From: Octopus bimaculoides
Lineage: Eukaryota
Direction of reading: 5' to 3'
Length of the DNA: 64,000 nt
NCBI RefSeq assembly: GCF_001194135.2
Contig: NC_069008.1
Location: 16,206,359 to 16,270,358 of the forward strand
In this document: positions 26,369 through 37,320 of the stretch, in pieces
Position numbering within the stretch: the stretch's first letter is position 1
Layout of the letters: the number at the start of each line of letters is the position of its first letter
Translations under genes and position numbers: made by a program
Notes under the pieces: generated by a model
Database searches by the model: none
What the model saw: only the letters and a program-made list of their open reading frames with translations
What the model was told of the DNA's origin: nothing

Positions 26369-27381
26369 GAAATCCGTCCAGTGAGAAAAACTTTGGCAAC
26401 AGATTCTGCAGTGATGTCTACTAAAGGAATAGCTTCCAGCCAAAATGTGAAGTGATCAATGCAGATGAGAAGGTAGATTGGTCATGATCAATGTGTACAT
26501 GGTTGAAATGCACATCTAGTGTTGAATGTGCCAAGGAGATGTTTGGGTCTGTGGTGAAAAAATGCATGGTTGACCGCTGGATGCTGCAGAGAATGTGCCA
26601 TGCTCAATTTTCTGGTTGGTCATTTTCCTGTTGAGAAAAAGTACAGGGTTGGGTACACTTATGTGCTGAAGCTCCAAACTTGGCATGATACCAGCATATA
26701 GATGAATGAGTGGGGGACAAAGGATAGCAAGGTGAGAAAGATCAATCGAAAGAACGCCTTCTGAGTGAACGTGACCTGGAAGTGCAAAGAGCTGCACTCT
26801 CTCCCTTTAATTCAAGTATTGCCTTCAGGCTTGCAGCCAAGGCAAGGTCCTTATCAGTGGAAACCGATGCTACTGATGGCTGTGCAGATGTATACAGTGG
26901 TCAGCTTGGTGGGACTGCTGGAAGTCTCTATGATTCTGTTGGCGATGGAGGCTATTTGTTTGACGGGAGTTGTCTCCACTATAGAGGCTAGGATGGCTTG
27001 AATGTTAGAGGGCAACCAGGAAAAGACAAAGAATTTCAATAAAGCACTATTGGCAGGTGCATTTTGGGCCCATTCCTTCATGCGGTGTAGAAGTTGCAAG
27101 GGATTACGGTCGCCCAAGTGCTCATCATTTATGAGGGTTTGAAATTTTCTTTCTTCCGACAAGAACGTGCGTCGAACAATCTCATGCTTAATGCTCCTAT
27201 GCATGGCATCATGTGATGGTTTGGTTACCAGGTCCCTCACAGTGGCTATATCAGACGGTGGTATTGCGCCAAATAATACATGGAGCCGTTGGTCTTCGGA
27301 GGCAATATTGTTTGCGGCAAACGTCGATTCAGTCTGTGCGATATACACTTTCACATCACCCATGAAACAAGGTAAGGAACT
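26369..27381 (-). mobile_element. Ty3/Gypsy LTR-retrotransposon remnant: gag, then an internal deletion, then an integrase fragment
   Basis: Gag-like LSEERKFQTLINDEHLGDRNPLQLLHRM and WLPSNIQAILAS. After a frameshift, CWYHAKFGASAHKCTQPC (about 26645-26696). HVHID and CIDHFTFWLEAIPLVDITAESVAKVF (26369-26500) match the Gypsy integrase core. Confidence 0.85.
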
Positions 27382-27411
27382 GTGTTCTAATGAATTTTGA
27401 CAATGATACAA

Positions 27412-28107
27412 TCACACTTTTACATGGAGAGATGTATGTGTATTTAAGTTACTTCTCTGAGAGAATGATTTACCACAGAAGTCACAGGAATATGGTTTCT
27501 CTCCTGTATGAATACGTTTGTGTTTAGTTAAGCTAGAGTTTTCAGAGAATGACTTACCACAGATATCACAATTATATGGCTTTTCTCCCGTATGAGTACG
27601 TTTGTGTTTCATCAAGTCACTACTTGCAGAGAATGATTTACTACAGACATCACAGTGAAATGGTCTCTCTCCTGTATGAATAAGTTTGTGTGTAGTTAAG
27701 TTACCTTTTGTTGAGAATGATTTACCACAGATAACACATTGAAATGGCTTTTCTGCTGCATGAATACGTTTGTGTGTAGTTAAGCCGCTGTTTGCAGAGA
27801 ATGATTTACCACAGATCACACAGTGATATGGTTTCTCTCCTGTGTGAATACGTTTGTGATTGCTTAACTGGCTATTCTCAGTGAATGCTTTGCCACAGAT
27901 ATCACAGTGATATGGTTTCTCTCCTGTATGAATACGTATATGTTTACTTAAGCTACCATTTTGAGAGAATGATTTACCACAGGCATCACAGTGAAATGGC
28001 TTCTCACCTGTATGAACACGAATGTGTTTAACCAAGTTACTACATGTAGAGAATGATTTACCACATATTTTACAATGATATCCTATGTTCACTAATTCTT
28101 TTGACAT
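27412..28107 (-). CDS. Z4: C2H2 zinc-finger protein, 8 fingers
   Basis: Intact [20 protein letters not shown]...SLHVKV*. ATG at 28107. Confidence 0.93.
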   Translation of the reverse strand: MSKELVNIGYHCKICGKSFSTCSNLVKHIRVHTGEKPFHCDACGKSFSQNGSLSKHIRIHTGEKPYHCDICGKAFTENSQLSNHKRIHTGEKPYHCVICGKSFSANSGLTTHKRIHAAEKPFQCVICGKSFSTKGNLTTHKLIHTGERPFHCDVCSKSFSASSDLMKHKRTHTGEKPYNCDICGKSFSENSSLTKHKRIHTGEKPYSCDFCGKSFSQRSNLNTHTSLHVKV

Positions 28108-30729
28108 TTCTCTAAGGGATACAAATAGACACAACCATTGAAGTTTCTCACAGTAATAAATTTTCCCCTTATCTTTCTTCTCTCACCACAGCATATAATT
28201 TCCTTTTTCTTGTTATAATTTATTCCTTAGAAATATATCTGCTGCTATCAACTGATTTTACCAATATCTAAAATTCTGCAAAAGCACCAGGTAATGAGAT
28301 GAAGAAATGTTGGTATTTATCTCAAGTCAGAGCAAATCTGCTCTCTAAAACATTTTCCTTTGGTCTTTAAAACATGATTAATATGTCAGATGTATCCAGT
28401 GTACAAAAGTTGTTTTATGCCAACGTCATCCATTAATCTGTAACAAAAAAGAAACAGTATTAGATATACAGGAGATATCAAACTGGAAGTGCTGCAATAT
28501 TTCAAATGACATCACATAATATTGGGTGAAATCTAAAAATTTGCAAATTACAATTACACCTCCACATTGTGTGTGTATATATAGCAGTTGAATAAATTTA
28601 AAACATATTCTGGTTTTCACATTTTTTATTATGGTATTTTAGCAAAATTAGCGCTTTCATGCATAGTATACTCATGAGATTTCTAATGTGTTTAACTGAC
28701 AGTTGAGTTCTTGACAACTTTAGTACCTCTTAGAACGCACCAACCAGCTGAATTTTTCAAATACCTTTTGATCAATCCGCAATAAAAACAACACCACAAT
28801 CACAACTGATATTTATTACAGACACACAGACACACCAGTATCCAGATTTAAAATCATGTCACCTAACACACACAAAATGCAACATCCCATACTGTCTAAC
28901 CAGGAAAATTTGTACTATAGTTTAATGATGCAAATACCAGAAACACATGATTTATAGAACTCAAAGGGTCTCTGCTCAAGCAAAATTACCCTCTCCTACT
29001 TATAGAAAATACTATACAACAGCCGACAGCATGAAAATAGGTCATACAAATTGTTATTAATATTGGAAAAAATTCTAAGTTTCCAACATTTTTATGATAG
29101 AGAGTTAAGAGAAGTTATATTGTGTAAGAGAGTGAATTCAATATGTATTTCAGTTCCAAATGTTATGAAGCACGCGTTATGGTTAAATTACTTTATACAG
29201 TTATAATATTTAGACAATGGTTTCTTCAAAATGTTAGGATTAAGAGAAAAACCAAGAATGAATAGTGAGAGAGGGGTTTGGAGGAGTAAAGTTGAAAAAA
29301 GTGTGACACACTGACAATTGCTTTCGCATTTATTATTATAGATATGAATGTTTTGAAAATCATTAGCAAAATCTAAAACGACATACCACGTAACGAAGAG
29401 AGGGCAAAAATGAGACAGAAAAAATTCTCAAAGACAGCTGCATGCCAAACTATTGCTCATTGCTTGATGATGATGATTAAAATTTAACCAACAAAACACG
29501 ATCACCATGCAAACGGCAACGGCCCTCTTACACTTTCATTCGCAAACTAGGCATATAGTCAGACATGCAGTAGGCTTGACTATAACATTCTGTTGTTGGT
29601 CACTGCATGCCTGACTATATATATGTATATATATATATATATATNNNNNNNNNNNNNNNNNNNNNNNNNNNNNNNNNNNNNNNNNNNNNNNNNNNNNNNN
29701 NNNNNNNNNNNNNNNNNNNNNNNNNNNNNNNNNNNNNNNNNNNNNNNNNNNNNNNNNNNNNNNNNNNNNNNNNNNNNNNNNNNNNNNNNNNNNNNNNNNN
29801 NNNNNNNNNNNNNNNNNNNNNNNNNNNNNNNNNNNNNNNNNNNNNNNNNNNNNNNNNNNNNNNNNNNNNNNNNNNNNNNNNNNNNNNNNNNNNNNNNNNN
29901 NNNNNNNNNNNNNNNNNNNNNNNNNNNNNNNNNNNNNNNNNNNNNNNNNNNNNNNNNNNNNNNNNNNNNNNNNNNNNNNNNNNNNNNNNNNNNNNNNNNN
30001 NNNNNNNNNNNNNNNNNNNNNNNNNNNNNNNNNNNNNNNNNNNNNNNNNNNNNNNNNNNNNNNNNNNNNNNNNNNNNNNNNNNNNNNNNNNNNNNNNNNN
30101 NNNNNNNNNNNNNNNNNNNNNNNNNNNNNNNNNNNNNNNNNNNNNNNNNNNNNNNNNNNNNNNNNNNNNNNNNNNNNNNNNNNNNNNNNNNNNNNNNNNN
30201 NNNNATGATTATCATGATATATAGATGAAATCATATACATATATCTATCCATTTACCCCTCTCTCTCTTTTCGAAAAATGTTTTTTTTTTTTTCTAATCC
30301 CTTTCCCATCTTCCTCTCTGGACCGATTCTGATTAATTTTGTGGCCACTACACGATTAAAAACTAGAGGAGAAGCCTTTTTAGAAAAAAAAAAAAAAAAT
30401 TCTGGCGAAAGCGCGTGTGATTTAATGGAAGTTTGGTCGTTGTTTCTAGCACATCCCATGACCGGTAAGGTGTAGTAGGGTTCATAAAATCAAAAATTTT
30501 CAAAACAATTTCTTAATAGCATAATTGAATTTCTGCTATTAACGGGGAGAAAATACTGAAAACCATCAACCAATACTTGTCAAGAGTGACAAAGAAACGA
30601 GGAAGGTGGCAGTTGGATATGCTAGAAGCAACAGTCAAATCGCCCTTTAACCACACCCCTTTACGTACGAAAACATTTACTGTTTTTACCGAAAAGGCTT
30701 CGGTGGAGATGGAGTATGTAATCTAGGTA

Positions 30730-30973
30730 TAGGCTATGGAGATTCCGATTCTGAAAAAAAAATTTTCAAAAGTCTCAATTTCAAAATTTCGATCCCCCAC
30801 CTCCGGTTTTATATAGATCCACAGGGTAAACCTAACCCTAACTCAAACCCTAACCCTAAACTTAACCTTAACACTAGTTTTGTGAGATTTGGCTGTTATT
30901 TCTAGCATGTAAATAGCCTGCTTGGTGGGGGGGGGGAATTGAAATTTTTCAAAATCGGAATCTCCATAGCCTA
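30730..30973. mobile_element. MITE with inverted arms and internal (CCCTAA)n-like tract
   Basis: TAGGCTATGGAGATTCCGATT (30730-30750) is inverted at 30953-30973. Relatives at 47660-47853, 48810-48960 and 49973-50085. Confidence 0.75.
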
Positions 30974-31647
30974 AAACGTNNNNNNNNNNNNNNNNNNNNN
31001 NNNNNNNNNNNNNNNNNNNNNNNNNNNNNNNNNNNNNNNNNNNNNNNNNNNNNNNNNNNNNNNNNNNNNNNNNNNNNNNNNNNNNNNNNNNNNNNNNNNN
31101 NNNNNNNNNNNNNNNNNNNNNNNNNNNNNNNNNNNNNNNNNNNNNNNNNNNNNNNNNNNNNNNNNNNNNNNNNNNNNNNNNNNNNNNNNNNNNNNNNNNN
31201 NNNNNNNNNNNNNNNNNNNNNNNNNNNNNNNNNNNNNNNNNGGTTCACTGCAACAAGAATACTTATGGAATTCATTGATGCAATTTAAACTGTGAATTGA
31301 TTTTACGGATTGTAAAATAGGAAATTATCCCGTGTTGTCCTGTGTGTGTCATTCCATCTGTCCTTTGGTGAAACTTAGTCTACTTAGGAACATTCTGCTC
31401 AACATGGCTCACTGTAGCGTAGTGTTGTGTGCTCTGGAGTAAAGCAATCTGAATTAGATATGACCAGAGAAGCGAAAGAGATGGGGGTGACAGCACGGAA
31501 GGCCACAGTCCCCCGGGACCCACAAAGTGTAAAGCTGAAAACCTGGACATCTTCAGAGACAGGAAGGGCGGAGCCGACGGATTTCTGGAAACCAGATAAG
31601 AGATCCGGCACGTACGATCAATCGATGGATAGGTGTGTATATCTTAC

Positions 31648-31780
31648 CTGTTATGCTATACAAATCAATATTTAGTGTGAAAAATATATTTACTCACATC
31701 AAAATCTCCGTGAAAACACAAAAACACGTTATTGTTTATTCTTTCTTTCAAGTCAAAAATGTTGAAACGGAAACGGAAGT
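31648..31780 (-). promoter_or_regulatory. Z4 promoter motif and putative exon 1
   Basis: CGGAAACGGAAGT at 31768-31780 and minus-strand donor CAG|GTAAGA at 31648/31647. Acceptor at 28438/28437. Confidence 0.65.
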
Positions 31781-32074
31781 ACGGTGTGAAATATGACAAC
31801 TGTAAACCCACCGCTCTCTAGTAATTAAAACCAAGAATATTAATTATTATGATATCGCTTCCTGAAATATAGTAAAAAACAAAAATTTAGGTTTATTCTT
31901 TGCCAAGAGGCGTGCGTGCCATAGGTTGCTTATGCCTGTTTAAGAACATCACCACCAAGGCCGCTCAGGACAATAATGAACATTCGTTTATCATTGCTTC
32001 AAAATATTATTGTTTCATTTCTGGTTTTATTTACTCGAGAGTAGTGAGATGACTTTTGTCACATGACACACCAT

Positions 32075-32205
32075 ACTTCCGTTTCCGTTACAATCTTTTT
32101 TGACTCTGGGGGAAAATAACGATAACGTGTTTTTCTGTTTTCGCGGAGGTTTGGTGTGAGTAAATATATTTTTCACACTAAATATCGATTTGTAAAGCAT
32201 TGCAG
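32075..32205 (+). promoter_or_regulatory. Z5 promoter motif and putative exon 1
   Basis: ACTTCCGTTTCCG at 32075-32087 and donor CAG|GTAAGA at 32205/32206. Acceptor at 33403/33404. Confidence 0.65.
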
Positions 32206-33827
32206 GTAAGATATACACACCTATCTATCGATTTATCGTACTTACCGGACCTTTTGTCCGACTTACAGAAATCCACGAGAGTATTCGGTTTTCCCCACCC
32301 GTCTCTGAAGGTGACCGGGTTTCCCGCTTTACACTTTGTGGGTCCTGAGGGACTGTGGCCTTCCGTGCCGCCTCCCCCTCTCTTTAGCTTCTCTGGTCAT
32401 ATCTAATTCAGATTGCTTTACTCCAGAGCACACAACACTACGCTACAGTGAGCCATGTTGAGCAGAATGTTCCTAAGTAGACTAAGTTTCACCAAAGAAC
32501 AAGTGGAATGACACTCTAAAGACAACACAAGTAATTTCCTATTTTATGTCCGTATAATAAATTCACAATTTAAATTGCACCAATATGTATGTATATATAT
32601 ATATGTATATATATAAACATATACATACACATACAGATTTATATATACATATATATNNNNNNNNNNNNNNNNNNNNNNNNNNNNNNNNNNNNNNNNNNNN
32701 NNNNNNNNNNNNNNNNNNNNNNNNNNNNNNNNNNNNNNNNNNNNNNNNNNNNNNNNNNNNNNNNNNNNNNNNNNNNNNNNNNNNNNNNNNNNNNNNNNNN
32801 NNNNNNNNNNNNNNNNNNNNNNNNNNNNNNNNNNNNNNNNNNNNNNNNNNNNNNNNNNNNNNNNNNNNNNNNNNNNNNNNNNNNNNNNNNNNNNNNNNNN
32901 NNNNNNNNNNNNNNNNNNNNNNNNNNNNNNNNNNNNNNNNNNNNNNNNNNNNNNNNNNNNNNNNNNNNNNNNNNNNNNNNNNNNNNNNNNNNNNNNNNNN
33001 NNNNNNNNNNNNNNNNNNNNNNNNNNNNNNNNNNNNNNNNNNNNNNNNNNNNNNNNNNNNNNNNNNNNNNNNNNNNNNNNNNNNNNNNNNNNNNNNNNNN
33101 NNNNNNNNNNNNNNNNNNNNNNNNNNNNNNNNNNNNNNNNNNNNNNNNNNNNNNNNNNNNNNNNNNNNNNNNNNNNNNNNNNNNNNNNNNNNNNNNNNNN
33201 NNNNNNNNNNNNNNNNNNNNNNNNNNNNNNNNNNNNNNNNNNNNNNNNNNNNNNNNNNNNNNNNNNNNNNNNNNNNNNNNNNNNNNNNNNNNNNNNNNNN
33301 NNNNNNNNNNNNNNNNNNNNNNNNNNNNNNNNNNNNNNNNNNNNNNNNNNNNNNNNNNNNNNNNNNNNNNNCTATATCTAATACTGTTTCTTTATTATTT
33401 CAGATTAATGGATGACATTGGCACAAAACAACTTTTTTAAGTTTGGATACATCTGGAATATTGATAATTTTTTTAAAGACTAGAGGAAAATATAGAGAAC
33501 AGATATAATAACCCAACTGCAATAAATCTAGACTGGAATTACTGTGAAATATTTGCTCTGAGCGAAGATTCATAGCACCATTTCTGCATCTCATTATCTG
33601 CTGCTTTTGCATTCTAATTAAACTTGAATATCTTTGCAAAGGAGTTTGCAGAATTTTAGATATTGATAAAGTCACAGTTGATAGCAGTTGAAATATTTCT
33701 GGGGAATAAATTATAACAATAACAAGAAGAAGGAAATTATATGCTGTGGTGAGAGACGAAGGATAAGGGAAAAATTTAATATTGTGAAAAACTTCAATGG
33801 TTGGATGCATTTGTATCCCTTAGAGAA

Positions 33828-34607
33828 ATGTCAAAAATATTAGGAAAATCACAACATTGTTGTGAAATTTGTGGTAAATCATTCCCCGCAAGTAGTGACT
33901 TGGTTAAACACATTCGTTTTCATACAGGTGAGAAGCCATTTCACTGTGATACCTGTGGTAAATCCTTCTCTCAAAACTGTAGCTTAAGTAAACATATACG
34001 TATTCATACAGGAGAAAAGCCATTTCACTGTGACACCTGTGGTAGATCATTCTCTCAAAAGGGTGACTTAACTAAACACATACGTATTCACACAGGAGAG
34101 AGACCATATCATTGTGATGTCTGTGGCAAATCATTCTCTGCACACAGTACCTTAGTTATACACAAAAATATTCATTCAGCGGAAAAGCCATATAATTGTG
34201 ATATCTGTGGTAAGTCATTCTCTCTCAGGAACAGCTTAATTAGTCACATACGTATTCATACAGGAGAGAAACCATATCACTGTGATATCTGCGGGAAGGC
34301 ATTCACTGAGGATAGTCACTTAAGGAGACACAGACGTATTCACACGGGAGAGAGACCGTATCACTGTGATTTCTGTGGTAAATCATTCTCTGGAATTACT
34401 GACTTGACTACACACAAACGTATTCATACAAAGGAGAGACCATATACTTGTGATATCTGTGATAAATCATTCTCTGACAACTCGAACTTAACTCGACACA
34501 AACGTATTCATACAGGGGAGAGACCATATCCCTGTGACATCTGTGGTAAAACATTCTCTCGGAGAGGTAACTTAACTACACATGCATCTGTCCATGTAAA
34601 AGTGTGA
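33828..34607 (+). CDS. Z5: C2H2 zinc-finger protein, 9 fingers
   Basis: Intact [20 protein letters not shown]...SVHVKV*. ATG at 33828. Confidence 0.93.
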   Translation: MSKILGKSQHCCEICGKSFPASSDLVKHIRFHTGEKPFHCDTCGKSFSQNCSLSKHIRIHTGEKPFHCDTCGRSFSQKGDLTKHIRIHTGERPYHCDVCGKSFSAHSTLVIHKNIHSAEKPYNCDICGKSFSLRNSLISHIRIHTGEKPYHCDICGKAFTEDSHLRRHRRIHTGERPYHCDFCGKSFSGITDLTTHKRIHTKERPYTCDICDKSFSDNSNLTRHKRIHTGERPYPCDICGKTFSRRGNLTTHASVHVKV

Positions 34608-35603
34608 TTGTATCATTGTAAAAGTTCATTAGACCACCCAACAACAACCAGTATTTGCCAACATGGTGAACTATTCTGCAGGCAATGTTGCAGTTGTAAG
34701 AGATGAAGATGAATCTAATCCCACTACTAGCCAGCAAAGCAACGACCGACTCTGCCAGACAGGAATGTCAGTCAAGTGTTGCTGGAATGAAGCGTAAAGA
34801 GATGCTCCACTGTGTTTCTCAAAGTCTGAACACAAACAACAACCATAAGGAAAACAACAACAAGAACAAGTACAGCAATAACAACAAAAGTGTTTTCTTA
34901 TGTTTACATACATACATCAATACATATGCATACATCTTTTTGGTATGTACATGTGTGTGTGTGTGTGTGAGAGAGTGAGTGAGTGTACATGTGTCTTCTC
35001 ATGTATGTGTAAGTGGCACTCTCTCTCTCGCACACACACACACGTCCATTTCATATACATGTTCATACATTTTTCACTCTCCTCTCTTTCACCTTAAAAC
35101 AAAATTAAATAAAAAAAAAATTTACAGAAATTAATGAACAAACAGCTGATCCCGTTGACATTTCTTTGACAACTTTGAGAGTTATAACGAAACATAGCCA
35201 CTGCTTATTATCTATCTCCCAAATGAACTGTTTTTCACTCAGCGACTCTTTTTTTACAACTGAAATAACCTCAGTAACTACGTGGGGCACACAGTTTTGC
35301 GGTCATTTATGGACAATATTTCAATTTGCTTCTAATGTTTCATTTTTGTCCATTGTTTCATGCATGCGTAGAATTCTACCTGGACAAACATTTATGAAAA
35401 CACACACATAAATATTGTAATAAAATAAGCCACAATAAAAAAAATTGCATTAAAAAAACATCCATTTCTGTATATGTTATGAGGAAATACAGTCACTCTC
35501 TCTCCCTCTCTCATGCACAGGTCGAAGGTAAAGAATACACACTCCCAGTGTTTAGGGTTTGGGTTACGCCGAAAACAGGTGGTGTACGTGTACATGAAAG
35601 ATA

Positions 35604-35634
<31 letters not shown>

Positions 35635-37320
35635 CGAGTGAGTGACACTTACACATACATGCAAAAAAGTTGTTACTTCACAATACACACCTTCACTCGC
35701 TCTCTCTCAGACACACACACACCTCCGTTTCATATACATCTACGTCTTTCACATTCTTCTCGCTTTTACAGTGTGACAAGGCTGACCCCCTTTGAATTAC
35801 AGGTACAACAGAAACAGGAAGGAAGAGCGAGAGAAAGTTGTGGTGAAAGAGTACAGCAGGGTTCGCCACCATCCCCTGCCGGAGCCTCGTGGAGCTTTAG
35901 GCGTTTTTTCTCAATAAACACTCACAATGCCCGGTCTGGGAATTGAAACTGCGATCCTATGACCGTGAGTCCACTGCACTAGCCACTGGGCCATTGCGAC
36001 TCCACAAGTATAAAAAAACAACGAAAAAGTGAAGGTATGTATAAATAGTTGAACTAAATCTAATTATATGTAATAACTATTTTGTGTTAAGGTGAACGCA
36101 AAGGTATGTAAATAAGACAGGATAACCTATGTATTTCAGGGTCGGCGTTCCATTACCTTCGTGATGAAATATTTGATCACAGCATTACAACGTTAATTAG
36201 TTTGTCCCCTATTTTACAGGATAGAGTTAAATGGCTTTTAATCAACAACAAATCAATCAATGCACTTTCCTCACCCTTCTGGGATTCTTTCATCTGGACT
36301 TAGAAAGCAAATTATTTGCGCCGCTATTGTTGCATGTATATTGTAGCAGGCTTCCATTAACTGAATTCAAATGAGGACTCGGTCACCGAGAAGTATTCTA
36401 ATGGTAAATACAAAATGTATTGGTGTATGATATCTAAAGCAAGAAGCTGAACCATAATTACATACCATCTTATAGAGGCTGCCATTGGCTGTTCAAGTGC
36501 GTATTATTAAATGGAAAAACAGTATGAATCACCACAAGACATTTTTGTGTATAAATATGTTTATTCTGTTTTCACCTTTTGTGGTGGAAGCATGCAGTGC
36601 GATACAAAAGCGTGTTTACATAAAAAGAAAGTTTTTGTACTGAAAGAAGTAACATATAATATTTGTATTACAGTATGTAACAACCATTCTGAGGATGTGT
36701 GATGAAATATCTTTGTTTACAAACCATATATCTTGTGTCGAGGTATACAGACATGTGAGTCACACATGGAAGATTTCGCATGGAGCTGCAGACGACCGAA
36801 GCCTGGCAGGAACTGAGAGTTGCTACAGTATAGTTCAGAACGAGGCTAGATGCCTCATCAACATATTCCTCTGCTGTGCTGGTAGACTCACATATCACTA
36901 TGTAATATGTCGCCGTTCTACAGTTTCAAATGTTTGTCAGCTATAACATAGGACACTTCTAACATGACTATTCTTAATATAGATTTACAACTACAGTTCT
37001 ATATTTCAGAGATGACGAATTATGTACATTATTTACAGTTGACGGATATTTGCCCTCATCTTGTTTGTTGCTAACATGTTTTGACTGATATACCCTCCAG
37101 CCTTCATAAGGTGTCTTGGGAAATTTTTGAACCTGTGTTCTCATTCCTAATGTATTTTTCGAAGTTATCATTTTTATTATTATTATCACTCGGGTCAATG
37201 TTTGGAATTGAACTCAGAATGTTGTGGTTAGTAGTCCACACTCTCAACTACTACGCCATATGTCCTTGTGCCACTTCTTGGAGAGAATGGCTTACCACAG
37301 ATAACACCGTGATATGGTTT

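Noticed and set aside
33801-33827. Track starts such as MDAFVSLRE / MDLFVSLRE
   Set aside because: They begin at TTG-type codons, not ATG. The first ATG is 27 nt downstream, and this segment overlaps the uORF in another frame.
34590-34607. C-terminal VKV as a PDZ-binding motif
   Set aside because: It is better explained as a mutated linker inherited from a common ancestor, and nothing in the sequence supports a PDZ interaction.
36088-36960. Non-autonomous derivative of the pogo element
   Set aside because: It matches the flanks of the transposase region rather than its ends, so it is an empty paralogous site.
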